A stretch of DNA of 64,000 nucleotides, from assembly GCA_038087875.1 (NCBI GenBank), contig JAXLNO010000385.1:558001-622000 (forward strand). Direction: 5' to 3'. The stretch comes from Malacoraja senta. Taxonomy: Eukaryota. The position numbers were made by a program, and so were the translations under genes. A model generated the notes under the pieces. That model saw only the letters and a list, made by a program, of their open reading frames with translations, did no database searches and was not told the DNA's origin. Shown piece after piece: positions 14,270 through 28,099 of this stretch (the stretch's first letter is position 1; each line of letters starts with the position of its first letter).

Positions 14270-14895
14270 AAGGATCAGGTGCCACCTGTCGGTGTAATCC
14301 TTTCAGCCGATATTCATGGGTTCGCACCTGTCCGAGGGTATTGCCAGTCTCTTCGGAGAGCATTGCTCCCCATCTCGGCCCTCGGTAGCGTTCACCACGT
14401 TGAGCGAGATGCCAACATACCCATGGGCTTTGGGCAGCTACTCCTCCCAGTAGGTTTGGGTGACCTGCTTCCACATCACCACCTAGAAGCGGCTGCTGGA
14501 CTGGAACCCAAAGACAAAGCCAGCGTAGATTGCAGTCTGTGTTGATGTAGAAGGTGCCACTGAATTTGATGGCGTTGATCTCCACGAATCCGACAGCAAG
14601 GCCAGGGTCAGAGTTGGCGGACTGCAGCAACTGCCTGCCCTTGTTGCGCACAACCCAGTTAGGATCGATCTGCATCGTCCCCTTTGGAACTTCCTGAGGT
14701 CAGTCTCGCTGATGGCGCTGTTCTCAGGGAACATGTCTTAGATATCTGGGATGTTGTCCTTCTCAAAGTCGTGTCTCCTCTGCCGTCACCATCGGCATCG
14801 ATCTGGTCAGGGTTGGGAATAAATGGCAATTGTCCTTCTCATCAGAAACGCCATTGTTGCCATGCTCATCAATCTCCTGATTGTCTTCACACCGA
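14270..14895 (-). pseudogene. THBS2: Processed (intronless) thrombospondin-2-like pseudogene fragment: last type-3 repeats plus C-terminal domain
   Basis: Across frameshifts the minus strand reads NNGVSDEKDNCHLFPNPDQIDADGDGRGD / [28 protein letters not shown] / [46 protein letters not shown] / [28 protein letters not shown] / [11 protein letters not shown] / [11 protein letters not shown]. This matches the TSP C-terminal sequence as I recall it, and is closer to THBS2 than THBS1 (QIDPNW, ANSDPG, QTYWE, KDYT). Stops, frameshifts and deletions are present; introns are not. Confidence 0.88.
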
Positions 14896-15026
14896 TTACC
14901 CACCAGGTCTGAGATTGCCTTCCTGGTCAGGGCCGTGCATTTTCTCTCTCATCTGTTTCAAAATGTTCAGCTTCTCACTATCTAGGTCACCCGATAGAGC
15001 TCGAAATGCTTCAAAGTTGTTGATCA

Positions 15027-15762
15027 TAGAAACATAGAAAACACGTGCAGGGGTAGGCCATTCGGCCCTTCGAGCCTGCACCGCCATTCAATGTGATCAT
15101 GGCTGATCATCCAACTCAGTATCCTGTACCGGCCTTCTCTCCATACCCCCTGATCCCTTTAGCCACAAGGGCCACATCTAACTCCCTCTTAAATATAGCC
15201 AATGAACTGGCCTCAACTACATTCTGTGGCAGAGAATTCCAGAGATTCACCACTCTCTGTGTGAAAAATGTTTTTCTCATCTCAGTCCTAAAAGATTTCC
15301 CCTTTATCCTTAAACTGTGACCCCTTGTTCTGGACTTCCCCAACATCGGGAACAATCTTCCTGCATCTAGCCTATCCTACCCCTCAAGAATTTTGTACGT
15401 TTCTATAAGATCCCCCCTCAATCTTCTAAATTCTAGCGAGTACAAGCCGACTCTATCCAGTCTTTCTTCATATGAAAGTCCTGCCATCCCAGGAATCAGT
15501 CTGGTGAACCTTCGCTGTACTCCCTCTATGGCAAGAATGTCCTTCCTCAGATTAGGAGACCAAAACTGTACGCAATACTCCAGGTGTGGTCTCACCAAGC
15601 CCCTGTACAACAGTAGTAGAACCTTCCTGCTCCTATACTCAAATCCTTTTGCTATGAATGCTAACAAACCATTCGCTTTCTTCACTGCCTGCTGCACCTG
15701 CATGCCCACTTTCAATGACTGGTGTACCATGACACCCAGGTCTCGTTGCATCGCCCCTTTTC
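15027..15762 (-). mobile_element. CR1 LINE 3' portion
   Basis: RDLGVMV...LYRGLVRPHLEYCVQFWSP...RRLRGDLIETYKI...FFTQRVVNLWNSLP and tail. Confidence 0.92.
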
Positions 15763-18179
15763 AACCCAGTTCTGTAACTGAGTCGCACTCCTAAATCAGG
15801 CCTTTGTAACTCCGCAACCTGATTGCTCTCCTTCAGCTGGTGTGTCATGGAAGCGAGATGGTCATTTCGAGACTGGGTGAGCACATTTTCCATCAGTTTC
15901 AGCTCTGTCTGTAGCTCCAGGATCAGGTGCCACGTTTTTCTGGTTACTTCAAGAACCTGTGGTAGATGCAGGAAAAATGTACCCAATGTTGGGGCGATTC
16001 AAGAACCAGGGGCCACACACAGTCGTACAATAAAGCGGAGATCATTTAAGACTGAGGTGAGAAAAAAACGTTTTCACTCAGAGAGTTGTGAATTTGTGGA
16101 ATTCCCTGCCACAGAGGGCAGTGGAGGCCAAGTCACTGGATGGATTTAAGAGAGAGTTAGATAGAGCTCTAGGGGCTAGTGGAGTCAAGGGATATGGGGA
16201 GAAGGCTGGCACGGGTTATTGATTGGGGACGATCAGCCATGATCACAATGAATGGCGGTGCTGGCTCGAATGGCCGAATGGCCTCCTCCTGCACCTATTT
16301 TCTGTGTTTCTATGTAATGGATCCATCTTGGTCAGTGTTATATCCGTAAGGAGAGTTGTCAGCCTTATTCACAGGACGTCTTGTTGCATGGGTTGTTCCC
16401 CAAGTCCAACCTCAGGATAAAAAGGGGGGTCAATAGCCCCATTGTCGTTTCTTGGTTCCCCTCCATTTAGTCAATCATGTCAGATGTCTCCAATGGGTGT
16501 AATCTTCAATCTTCACGGTGGTTGGTGTCGTAGTAGCACCTGGTACAGTCCCCTCCAACACAGACCCAATTTCGTCCGATCCCAGTACCTTAGCAGTGTG
16601 TAGTCTCCCAAGTAGTATGGACTGTGTCTGTGTTCAACTGGCAGTGGCTTCTGCGTTTCCAATACCTCTGAATGCAAGACCGACAAGGTTCGGGTTAATT
16701 GCAGTGCGCTTGTAATTAATTAATCGCTGAGGGCCTGTCGGTCAAAACTAACTTCCACATTCTTTAGTGTCCTATTCATTCCCTCCACCAATCCAGAATT
16801 CTATGGATGGTGGGGGATGTAAGATCACTCTCTAACTACTTACAAGGCAGACCCTTTAAAAAGTAAAAAAAAGATCATTATTAAGAAGAAAAAAACAATT
16901 AAAAAATATTCCCAATTGTTCCAAGCTATCTCCCCCAAATTTACGATCTCAAATTAACAGATTTTGTTCTGAGATAAAGGAATCTCCAATCTCAGCTAGC
17001 ACATCTACCTGGATGCGTGAAACATATACGATTGGTAAGGGTTTGAACACGCTAGAGGCAGGAAACATGTTCCCGATGTTGGGGGAGTCCAGAACCAGGG
17101 ATACGGGGAATAAGATGTAAGCCATTTAGAACGGAGATGAGGAAACACTTTTTCTCACAGAGAGTTGTCAGTCTGTGGAATTCTCTGCCTCAGAGGGCGG
17201 TGGAGGCAGGTTCTCTTGATATTTTCAAGAGAGAGCTAGATAGGGCCCTTAAAAATAGCGGAGTCGGGGGATTTGTAAACCATATTAGATTTGACTATTA
17301 GCTCTTTCAGGAGGGGAGGGGAGGGGAAGAGAGGGGTGGAGGGGAGGGGAGGAGAGGAGAGGAGAGGAGAGGAGATGAGAGGAGAGGGGAGGAGAGGGGA
17401 TGGGAGAGGGGAGGGGAGGCGAGGGGAGGAGAGGAGAGGGGAGGAGAGAGGAGGAGAAGGGAGGGGAGGGAAGGAGAGGGGAGGGAAGGAGAGGGGAGGA
17501 GAGGGGATGGGAGCTCTGCATATACATTATCTATCATTTTATTACAGAGCATGTGGCCTGGACATCGGAGGCCTGGATCGCTTCGGGAGGGAGAACACGG
17601 AGGGAAGAAACAAAGACTTTAAGACTTTTGCGTTCCATCAGAGTGAGGAGGTGCCTGGTGAACTCACTGTTTAATTTGTGTTTATTGTGTGTTTTTGATA
17701 TTTATTTTTATTATATATATGACTGCCAAAATTTAGTTCAGACCGAAAGGTCTGAATGACAATAAAGGATAATTCAATTCAATTTAATTCAATTCAATAC
17801 ACCATGTCAGAAAGCTAACGCCCTCTCCTCTGGCCCCATACACCCTCTCTCTGTAACGCCCTTCACTCCAGCCCCTTCACCCCCTCTCCCCATCTCTGTG
17901 ACCACTCCCCTCCGACCCCTGCACCCCCTCAACCCGTCTCTTTAGTTTAACAAATCACCCCCTTCTTTCTCCGACAGATTAATTCCACCCTGTCCCTCCC
18001 TCCCTCACCTCCCTCCCTCTCTCCCTCCCTAACTCCATCCCTCCCTCCCTCTACATCGGGCGAGAAGGGGTGATATTTTAGGAGGTTTTACGAATAAACT
18101 CTGATCTCTTAAATCCTTTACTGAGTTTTAAATAGATGTCCTAATGATTTTAACTGTATGTGTGTGTGTATGTGTATTA

Positions 18180-18700
18180 GATAATAGACAATAGACAATA
18201 GGTGCAGGAATAGGCCATTTGGCCCTTCGAGCCAGCACCGCCAGTCAATGTGATCATGGCTGATCTTCCCCAATCAGTTACCCGTTCCTACCTTCTCCCC
18301 ATATCCCCTGACTCCGCTATCTTTAAGAGCCCTATCTAGCTCTTGAAAGAACCCGGAGAACCTGCGTCCACCGCCCTCTGAGGCAGAGAATTCCACAGAC
18401 TCACCACACTCTGTGAGGAAAAGTGTTTCCTCTTCTCCGTTCTAAATGGCTTACCACTTATTCTTAAACTGTGTGTTGCCCCTGGTTCTGGACTCCCCCA
18501 ACATCTGGAACATGTTTCCTGCCTCTAGCGTGTCCAAGCCCTTAACAATATTATATGTTTCAATGAGATCACATCTCATCCTTCTAAACTCCAGAGTGTA
18601 CAAGCCCAGCTGCTCCATTCTCTCAGCATATGACAGTCCCGCCATCCCGGGAATTAACCTTGTAAACCTACGCTGCACTCCCTCAATAGCAAGAATGTTA
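18180..18700 (-). mobile_element. CR1 LINE 3' portion
   Basis: IEGVQRRFTRLIPGM motif and (TTGTCTA)n-type tail. Confidence 0.88.
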
Positions 18701-18989
18701 TATAAGAATAGCAAGAACGGTCACAGAGTGATACAATGTGGAAACAGGCCCTTCGGCCTAACTTGCCCACACCGGCCAACATATCACATCTACACTAGAC
18801 CAACCTGCCCAATGTGTGGCCCATATCCCTCCAAATTGACAAATTGGGAGTATAAAGATGGAGTTTAAGGGGAAGTGAGTACAGGAAAAGTTACAAAAGA
18901 CTCCCGAATTAATGGGAAGGAAATTTCGAGAAGGGATAAGACAGTAAGGTCAGGGCCAATAGTGACCGGAGAGAGAGGGCAGGTGAATA

Positions 18990-21445
18990 CCGAAGTTAAG
19001 GTGTTGTGTATGAATGCGCGAAGTGTAAGAAATAAAGTGGACGAGCTTGAGGCTCAGTTAGAAATTGGCAATTATGATGTTGTGGTAATTACAGAGACGT
19101 GGCTGCAAGTTGAATCAAGAGTTAAAATTGGCATGTAATGCTACAGTGGTTATGGGAGATTTCAGCATGCAGATAGAATGGGAAAATCAGGTTGGTTCTG
19201 GACCCCAACAAAGGGAGTTTGGAGAGTGCCTCCGAGCTTTATGCTTAGAGCAGCTTGTACTGGAGCCTACCAGGGAGAAGACAATTCTGGATTTAGTGTT
19301 GTGCAATGACCTGGATTTGATAAGGGAACTCAAGGTAAAGTAGCCATGAGGAGGCAGTGACCATAATATGATAAGTTTTAATCTACAATTTGAGAGGGAG
19401 AGGGGAAAATCAGAAGTGTCAGTATGATAGGTACACACAAATGCTGGAGAACCTCAGCGGGTGCAGCAGCATCTATGGAGCAAAGGAAATAGGCAACGTT
19501 TCGGGCCGAAACCCTTCTTCAGACCCGGTCAGTATGATAGTTGAACAAAGGGGTCTATGGAGGCATTGAGGTAGGAGCTGGCCAAAGTTGGCTGGAAAGA
19601 GACCCCATCAGGGATGACAGTGGAACAACAATGGCAGGTATTTCTGGGAATTATACAGAAGGTGCAGGATCAGTTCATTCCATAGAGGAAGAAAGATTCC
19701 ATGGGGAGTAAGAGTGAGGGAGTAAAGAGGAGCGTGGCTGACAAGGGAAGTCGAGGACAGTATAAAAATAAAACAGAAATATAACATAGCAAAGATGAGT
19801 GAGAAGCCAGAGGATTGGGGAACTATCAAAGAGCAACAGAATATAACTAAAAAGGCAATACGGGGAGAAAAGATGAGATACGAAGAGAAGCTAGCCAAGA
19901 ATATAAAGGAGGATAGTAAAAGCTTCTTAAGGGATGTGAAGAGGAAAAAATTAGATAAGACCAAAGTTGGACCCTTGAAGACAGAAACAGGAGAATTTAT
20001 TATGGGGAACAAGGAAATGACAGACGAGTTGAACAGGTACTTTGGATCTGTCTTCACTAATGAAGACACAAACAAGCTCCCAGATGTACTAGTAGTCAGA
20101 GGACCAAGGGTGACAGAGGAACTGAAGGAAATACACATTAGGCAGGAAATGCTGTTGTGTAGGCAGAAGGCTGATAGATCCCCAGGGCCTGATGGTCTGC
20201 ATCCCAGGGTACCTAATGAGGTAGCTTTGGAAATCGTGGATGCATTGGTGATCATTTTATAGATAATAGGTGCAGGAGACCATTCGGCCTTTGGAGCCAG
20301 TACCAACATTCAATGTAACAAGAGGAGTTCTGTAGAGGAGCAAAGAGGTCCTTCTGCAGTTGTATAGGGCCCAAGTGAGATCACACCTGGAGTATTATTT
20401 GCAGTTTGGTCCCCTAATTTGAGGAAGGACATTCTTGCTATTGAGGGAGTGCAGCGCAGGTTCACTAGGTTAATTCCCGGGATGGCGAGACTGTCATATG
20501 TTGATAGAATGGAGCGGCTGGGGTTGTATGCTCTGGAATTTAGAAGGTTGAGAGGGGATCTTATTGAAACATATAAAATTATTAAGGATTTGGACACGCT
20601 AGAGAGAGGAAACATGTTTCCGATGTTGGGGGAGTCCAGAACCAGAGGCCACAGTTTAAGAATAAGAGGAAAGCCATTGAGAATGGAGATGAGGAAAAAC
20701 TTTTTCACTCAGAGAGTGTGAGTCTGTGGAATTCTCTGCCTCGGAAGGCGGTGGAGGTCGGTTCTCTGGATGCTTTCAAGAGAGAGATGGATAGAGCTCT
20801 TAAAGATAGTGGTATCAGGGGACATGGGGAGAAGGCAGGAACGAGGCACTGGTTGTGGATGATCAACCATGATCACATTGAATGGCGGTTCTGGCTCGAA
20901 GGGCCGAATGGCCGGCTCCTGCACTTACTGTCTGTTGTCTATTGGCCCAATGGTCTGCATCCCAGGGTACTTAAGGAAGAGGCTCTAGATATCGTGGACG
21001 CATTGGTGATCATTTTTCAATGTTCTATAGATTCAGGATCAGTTTCTGTGGATTGGAGGGTAGCTAATGTTATCCCACTTTTTAAGAAAGGAGGGAGAGA
21101 GAAAACAGAGAATTATAGACCAGTTAGCCTGACATCGGTGGTGGGGGGAGATGCTGGAGCCAATTATAAAAGATGAAATAGCGGCACATTTGGATATCAG
21201 TAACAGGATCGGTCCGAGTCAGCATGGATTTACAAAGGGTTGACTGATTAGTCATGCTTGTGAAATCTTCTGGAAATTTTTGAGGATGTAACTAGGAAAA
21301 TGGAAAAGGGTGAGCCAATGGATGTAGTGTACCTGGACTTTCAGAAAGCCTTTGATAAGGTCCCACATAGGAGATTAGTGGGCAAAATTGGAGCACATGG
21401 CATTGGCGGTAGGGTACTGACATGGATGGAACATTTGTTGGCAGA
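18990..21445 (+). mobile_element. Mosaic of CR1 ORF2 fragments (APE endonuclease, RT, nested 3' end)
   Basis: CMNARSVRNKVDELE...VITETWL, VVMGDF, ILDLVLCN, PGPDGLHPRV and YLDFQKAFDKVPH motifs, with multiple stops and frameshifts. Confidence 0.88.
19431..19527 (-). mobile_element. 97-bp Penelope-like insert with a minimal hammerhead core and 13-bp target duplication
   Basis: GTCAGTATGATAG occurs at 19418..19430 and 19528..19540. The minus strand reads CTGAAGA-AGGGTTTCGGCCC-GAAACGTT. Confidence 0.7.
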
Positions 21446-21671
21446 CAGGAAGTGTAAGGAGTGAAAACAGGACAAAGGGAATGGAGTTCAAGGAAAATGT
21501 AAAATAGATCATTGTTGGACAGATCAATGGGAGGCCACCATGGACTCCACAGTCAAAAAGGCCCAACAGAGGATGTACTTCCTGCGGCAGCTGAGATAAC
21601 ACAATCTGCTACAGGCAATGATGGTCCAGTTTTATACTGCCATCGTAGAGTCTGTCCTCACCTTCTCCATC

Positions 21672-22344
<673 letters not shown>

Positions 22345-22751
22345 CTACAAAGTGCACAAACGTTGCTCAGTGTTTCTCGGGCTCCACTCACAGAACAAAG
22401 GAAAGTTAGCACAATTATACATTTTCTTATCAGTAAAACACTCCTACCTAGTCTGAATATCGCATGATTGAAAGATTCTATAGCCTTTCAGAATATAGCA
22501 AAAGCTGGGTCCAAATCAAGCTCATCCAATAACAAGTTATTGCTTACCTCTGAGGCGTCAGATATTTTTTCAATCTTGGCTTTTTTATGGTCTTCAAAGA
22601 AGCACATGTTATTACGCAGGCTTTCATCCTAATGTCTTTATTAAAAAGATAACCTGTCCTCCATATTGTGTTCCATGTAATTTGCAGTCATTCAGACCTA
22701 GCACCGAGCCATTCATTTTTGTTCTATTAGACCATGCGTTCTTTACAGTAA

Positions 22752-23369
22752 TGCCCCTGTCCCACTTAGGAAACCTGAACGGAAACCTCTGGAGACTTTG
22801 CGCCCCACCCAAGGTTTCCGTGCGGTTCCTGGAGGTTCCCGGGTATTTCTGTTCGTCTCCCTAATGGTCGAAAGTGGTTTCCGCTTCTTCTATGTTCCGG
22901 CGATTATTTCAAAAAATTCAAAACCGGCCGCGACTAAAAATAGGTTGACGTTTTAAAAATCGGTAATGTTTTAGTCGAAGCCGGTTGCGATGCATGTTGA
23001 AGGTGGTTGCCGGAGGTTACAGGTGGTTGCCGGAGGTTGAAGGTAGTGGAAGGTAAGACCTCCCTGGTGGAATAAAACTGGGTGAAAAAAAGGTCTTCCC
23101 TTCCACTACCTGCAACCTCCGGCAACCACCTTCAACTAGCATCGCAACCGGCTTCGACTAAAAAATTACCGATTTTTAAAACGGCAACCTATTTTTAGTC
23201 GCTGCCAGTTTTGAATTTTTTCAAATAATCGCCGGAACATAGAAGAAGCGGAAACCACTTTCGACCATTAGGGCGACTGAAAAAACCTCCGGGAACCGCA
23301 CGGAAACCTTGGGTGGGGCGCAAAGTCTCCAGAGGTTTCCGTTCAGGTTTCCTAAGTGGGACAGGGGCA
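22752..23369. mobile_element. Palindromic MITE, ~620 bp, Harbinger-like
   Basis: TGCCCCTGTCCCACTTAGG...CCTAAGTGGGACAGGGGCA with long inverted arms. Flanked by TAA/TAC; the half copy ending at ~13987 is followed by TAA, consistent with a 3-bp TAA target duplication. Confidence 0.85.
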
Positions 23370-23980
23370 TACGTTTCCATCTTATATTAGTAAGAAGAAC
23401 GACTCTATTTTGTAAACTAAATTAGATTTGACTATTAGCTCTTTCATTCCCTCCTTTTTTATCATACATGATAACATTCACAGTCCTCGATAGGTACACA
23501 ATGCTCGCAAGAATTTAATGATAAAGATTAGAGCAATGATTAAAAGAAAGATGAAGCCATAATGTATCACAGTACCCTAAAGTCCACCAAACCAAAGGTA
23601 TAGTCACCAGTTCAATAGTACCTCAAAGTCCATCGAACCAACGGACATGGCAACCAGTTCTCATTCTCTTCATTGACCTGATGAAGCTTGTTTCGGGTTG
23701 AAGGATCAGGTGCCACCTGTAGGCGGTGTAATCCTCGCAGCCGATATTCTTGAGGTTGTGCCATAAAGTTCGCACCTGTCAGAGGGTATTGCCAGTCTCT
23801 TGGAAGAGCATTGCTCCCCATCTCGGCCATCGGTAGGGTTCACCACCTTGAGCGAGATGCCAGCATACCCATGGGCTTTGGGCAGCTTCTCCTCCCAGAA
23901 GGTTTGGGTGACCTGCTTCCACATCACCACCTAGAAGCGGCTGCTGGACTGGAACCCAAAGACAAAGCCAGCGTAGATTG
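23113..23980 (+). repeat. Direct duplication of 13733..14532 (MITE half, AT-rich flank and THBS2-like fragment)
   Basis: Colinear sequence from caacctccggcaaccaccttc to ccaaagacaaagccagcgtagattg at both loci, with small indels. Confidence 0.88.
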
Positions 23981-23982
23981 TT
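23700..23982 (-). pseudogene. THBS2: Second, shorter copy of the THBS2-like retrocopy (C-terminal domain part)
   Basis: Reads [45 protein letters not shown]. It lies in the direct duplication of 13733..14532 and is truncated by a CR1 tail at ~23990. Confidence 0.85.
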
Positions 23983-23989
23983 GTCTGTT

Positions 23990-24730
23990 AGAAACATAGA
24001 AACATAGAAAATAGGTGCAGGAGTAGGCGATTCGGCCTTTCGAGCCTGCATCGCCATTCAATATGATCATGGCTGATCATCCAACTCAGTATCCTGTACC
24101 TGCCTTCTCTCCATACCCCTGATACCTATAGCCACAAGAGCAACATCTAACTCCCTCTTAAATATAGCCAATGAACTGGCCTCAACTACCTTCTGTGGCA
24201 GAGAATTCCAGAGATTCACCACTCTCCGTGTGAAAAATGTTTTTCTCATCTCGGTCCTAAAAGATTTCCCCCTTATCCTTAAACTGTGAACCCTTGTTCT
24301 GGACTTCCCCAACATCTGGAACAATCTTCCTGCATCTAGCCTGTCCAACCCCTTAAGAATTTTGCAAGTTTCTATAACATCCCCCCTCAATCTTCTAAAT
24401 TCTAGCGAGTACAAGTCAAGTCTATCCGGTCTTTCTTCATATGAAAGTCCTGACATCCTAGGAATCAGTCTGGTGAACCTTCTCTGTACTCCCTCTATGG
24501 CAAGAATGTCTTTCCTCAGATTAGGAGACCAAAACTGTACGCAATACTCCAGGTGTGGTCTCACCAAGACCCTGTACAACTGCAGTAGAACCTCCCTGCT
24601 CCTATACTCAAATCATTTTGCTATGAATGCTAACATACCATTCGCTTTCTTCACTGCCTGCTGCACCTGCACACCTACTTTCAATGACTGGTGTACCATG
24701 ATACCCAGGTCTCGTTGCATCTCCCCTTTT
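23990..24730 (-). mobile_element. CR1 LINE 3' portion
   Basis: Same motifs and similar truncation point as 15027..15762. Confidence 0.9.
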
Positions 24731-25231
24731 CCGAGGTACTCCAGCATTTTGTGTCCACCTATCACTTGCCAGGCTTTGTTCAGCCGCCATCTGTCTTTTC
24801 CAGCTTCCTCCCCCCACCCTCTCCACTAAGTTTGAAGAAGGGTCCTGACTCAAAACGTCGTCTGTCCATTCCCTCTAAAGCGGTGGAGGAACTCAGTGGG
24901 TCAGGCGGCATCTGTAAGAGGGAAGGGAATCTAAGGGACCAATCCCACCTCTCCTTTCCGACTTTCTCCACCCCCCACACCAAGCAGTCTGAACAAGGGT
25001 CCTGACCTAGAATGTTGCCTGTCCATGCTCTCCAGAGGTGCAAGTTACTCCAGGAGCTTGTGCCTCTTTTTGTAAACCAGCTTCTGCTGTTCCTTGTATT
25101 TAGACTAGGCGTGCATTTCATCCGACACTCCGGTCCACCAAGGCGTGCTGGATCTCCCGGTTGCCAACCATTTTAACTGCCCTTCCCACTCCCATACTGG
25201 TCTTTCTGTCCTGGGCCTCCTCCATTGCCAC

Positions 25232-26790
25232 AGGGTCTGCATCCCAGGGTACTTAAGGAAGTGGCTCTAGAAATCGTGGATGCATTGGTGACAATTTTCC
25301 AATGTTCTATAGACTCAGGATCTGTTCCTGTGGATTGGAGGGTAGCTAATGTTATCCCAGTTTTTAAGAAAGGCGGGGGAGAGAAAACAGGGAATTATAG
25401 ACCAGTTAGCCTGACATCGGTGGTGGGGAAGATGCTGGAGTCAATTATAAAATATGAAATAGCCGCACATTTGGATAGCAGTAACAGGATCGGTTCGAGT
25501 CAGCATGGATTTAGGAAGGGGAAATCATGCTTGACTAATCTTCTGGAATTTTTTGAAGATGTAACAAGGGTAAATGGACAAGGGAGAGCCAGATGATGTA
25601 ATGTACCTGGACTTTCAGAAAGCATTTGATAAGGTGCCACATAGGAGATTAGTGGGCAAAATTAGGGCACATGGTATTGGGGTAGAGTGCTGACATGGAT
25701 AGAAAATTGGTTGGCAGACAGGAAACAAAGAGTAGGGATTAACGGGTCCCTTTCAGAATGGCAGGCAGTGACTAGTGGGGTACCGCAAGGCTCGGTGCTG
25801 GGACCGCAGCTATTTACAATGTACATCAATGATTTGGATGAAGGGATTCAAAGTAACATTAGCAAATTTGCAGATGACACAAAGCTGGGTGGCGGTGTGA
25901 ACTGTGAGGAGGATGCTATGAGAATGCAGGGTGACTTGGACAGGTTGGGGAGTGGGCAGATGCATGGCAGATGAAGTGTAATGCGGATAAATGTGAGGTT
26001 ATTCACTTTGGTATCAAAAACAGGAAGGCAGATTACTATCTAAATGGCGTCAAGTTGGAAAAGGGGGGAGGACGACGGGATCTGGGGGTCCTTGTTCATC
26101 AGTCTATGAAAGTAAGCATGCAGGTACAGCAGGCAGTGAAGAAAGCGCATGGCATGTTGGCCTTTATAACAAGAGGAGTCGAGTATAGGAGCAAAGTGGT
26201 CCTTCTGCAGTTGTACAGAGCCCTAGTGAGACCACACCTGGAGTATTGTGTGCAGTTTTGGTCCCCTAATTTGAGGAAGGAATTTCTTGCTATTGAGGGA
26301 GTGCAGCGTAGGTTTACAAGGTTAATTCCCGGGATGGTGGGACTGTCATATGCTGAGAGAATGGAGCGGCTGGGCTTGTACACTCTGGAGTTTAGAAGGA
26401 TGAGAAGGGATCTTATTGAAACATATAAGATTGTTAACGGTTTGGACACGCTAGAGGCAGGAAACGTGTTCCCGATGTTGGGGGAGTCCAGGACCAGGGG
26501 CCACAGTTTAAGAATAACCGGTAAGCCGTTTAGAACAGAGACGAGGAAACTTTTTCTCACAGAGAGTTGTGAGTCTGTGGAATTCTCTGCCTCAGAGGGC
26601 GGTGGACGCAGGTTCTCTGGATGCTTTCAAGAGAGAGCTAGACAGGGCTCTTAAAAATAGTGGAGTCAGGGGATATGGAGAGAAGGCAGGAACGGGATAC
26701 TGATTGGGGATGATCAGCCATGATCACGTTGAATGGCGGTGGTGGCTCGAAGGGCCGAATGGCCTACTCCTGCACCTATTGTCTATAGCA
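25232..26790 (+). mobile_element. CR1 LINE RT-to-3' end fragment
   Basis: QHGFRKGKSCLTNLLEFF, VTSGVPQGSVLGP, KFADDTKL and RPHLEYCVQFWSP motifs, frameshifted. Confidence 0.93.
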
Positions 26791-27825
26791 GAGTCAGGGG
26801 ATATGGTGACAAGGCAGGAACGGAGTACAGTTTGTGGATGATCAGCCATGATCACAGTGAATGGCGATACTAGCTCGAAGAGCCGAATGGCCTACTCCTG
26901 CACCTATATTTAAGAAAGAACTGCAGATGCTTACAAAATTCTTAAGGGGTTGGACTGGCTAGATGCAGGAAGATTGTTCCCGATGTTGGGGAAGTCCAGA
27001 ACAAGTGGTCACAGTTTAAGGATAAGGGGGAAGTCTTTTAGGACCGAGATGAGAAAAACATTTTTCACACATAGAGTAGTGAATCTGTGGAATTCTCTGC
27101 CACAGAAGGTAGTTGAGGCCAGTTCGTTGGCTATATTTAAGGGCCACATCGTTAGATGTGGCCCTTGTGGCTAAAGGGATCAGGGGGTATGGAGAGAAGG
27201 CAGGTACAGGATACTGAGTTGGATGATCAGCCATGATCATATTGAATGGCGGTGCAGGCTCGAAGGGCCGAATGGCCTACTCCTGCACCTATTGTCTATT
27301 GTCTATAGCAGAGTCAGTGGATATGGTGACAAGGCAGGAACGGAGTACAGCTTGATCAGCCATGATCACAGTGAATGGAGGTATTGGCTCGAAGAGCCGA
27401 ATGGCCTACTCCTGCACCTATATTTAAGAAAGAACTGCAGATGCTTACAAAATTCTTAAGGGGTTGGACAGGCTAGACGCAGGTAGATTGTTCCCGATGT
27501 TGGGGAAGTCCAGGACAAGGGGTCACAGTTTAAGAATAAGGGGGAAGTCTTTTAGGACCGAGATGAGAAAAACATTTTTCACACAGAGAGTAGTGAATCT
27601 GTGGAATTCTCTGCCACAGAAGGTAGTTGAGGCCAGTTCATTAGCTATATTTAAGAGGGAGTTAGATGTGGCCCTTGTGGCTAAAGGGATCAGGGGGTAT
27701 GGAGAGAAGGCAGGTACAGGATACTGAGTTGGGTGATCAGCCATGATCATATTGAATGGCGGTGCAGGCTCGAAGGGCCGAATGGCCTACTCCTGCACCT
27801 ATTTTCTATGTTTCTATGTTTCTAT
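26781..27825 (+). repeat. Tandem duplication of a ~520-bp composite unit made of two CR1 3' ends
   Basis: gtctatagcagagtcag...cacctatatttaagaaagaactgcagatgcttacaaaattcttaagggg begins at both 26781 and 27301. Confidence 0.85.
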
Positions 27826-28099
27826 GCTGCAAAAATCGAAGGTAGACAAAAATGCTGGAGAAACTCTACGGGTGAGGCAGCATCCATGGAGCGAAGGAAT
27901 AGGTGACGTTTCGGGTCGAGACCCTTCTTGAGACTGATGTGGGGGTGGGGAGGCGGGAATAAGGAAGAGGTGGAGACAGTAGGCTGTGGGAGAGCTGGGA
28001 AGGGGAGGGGAAGGAGGGAAAAAGTACCAGGGGAGGAGTGGTTTGCGTCTCTCCAAGTGGACCCGAGTGGATCGTATGGTTGTTACCAGCATAGCAGCA

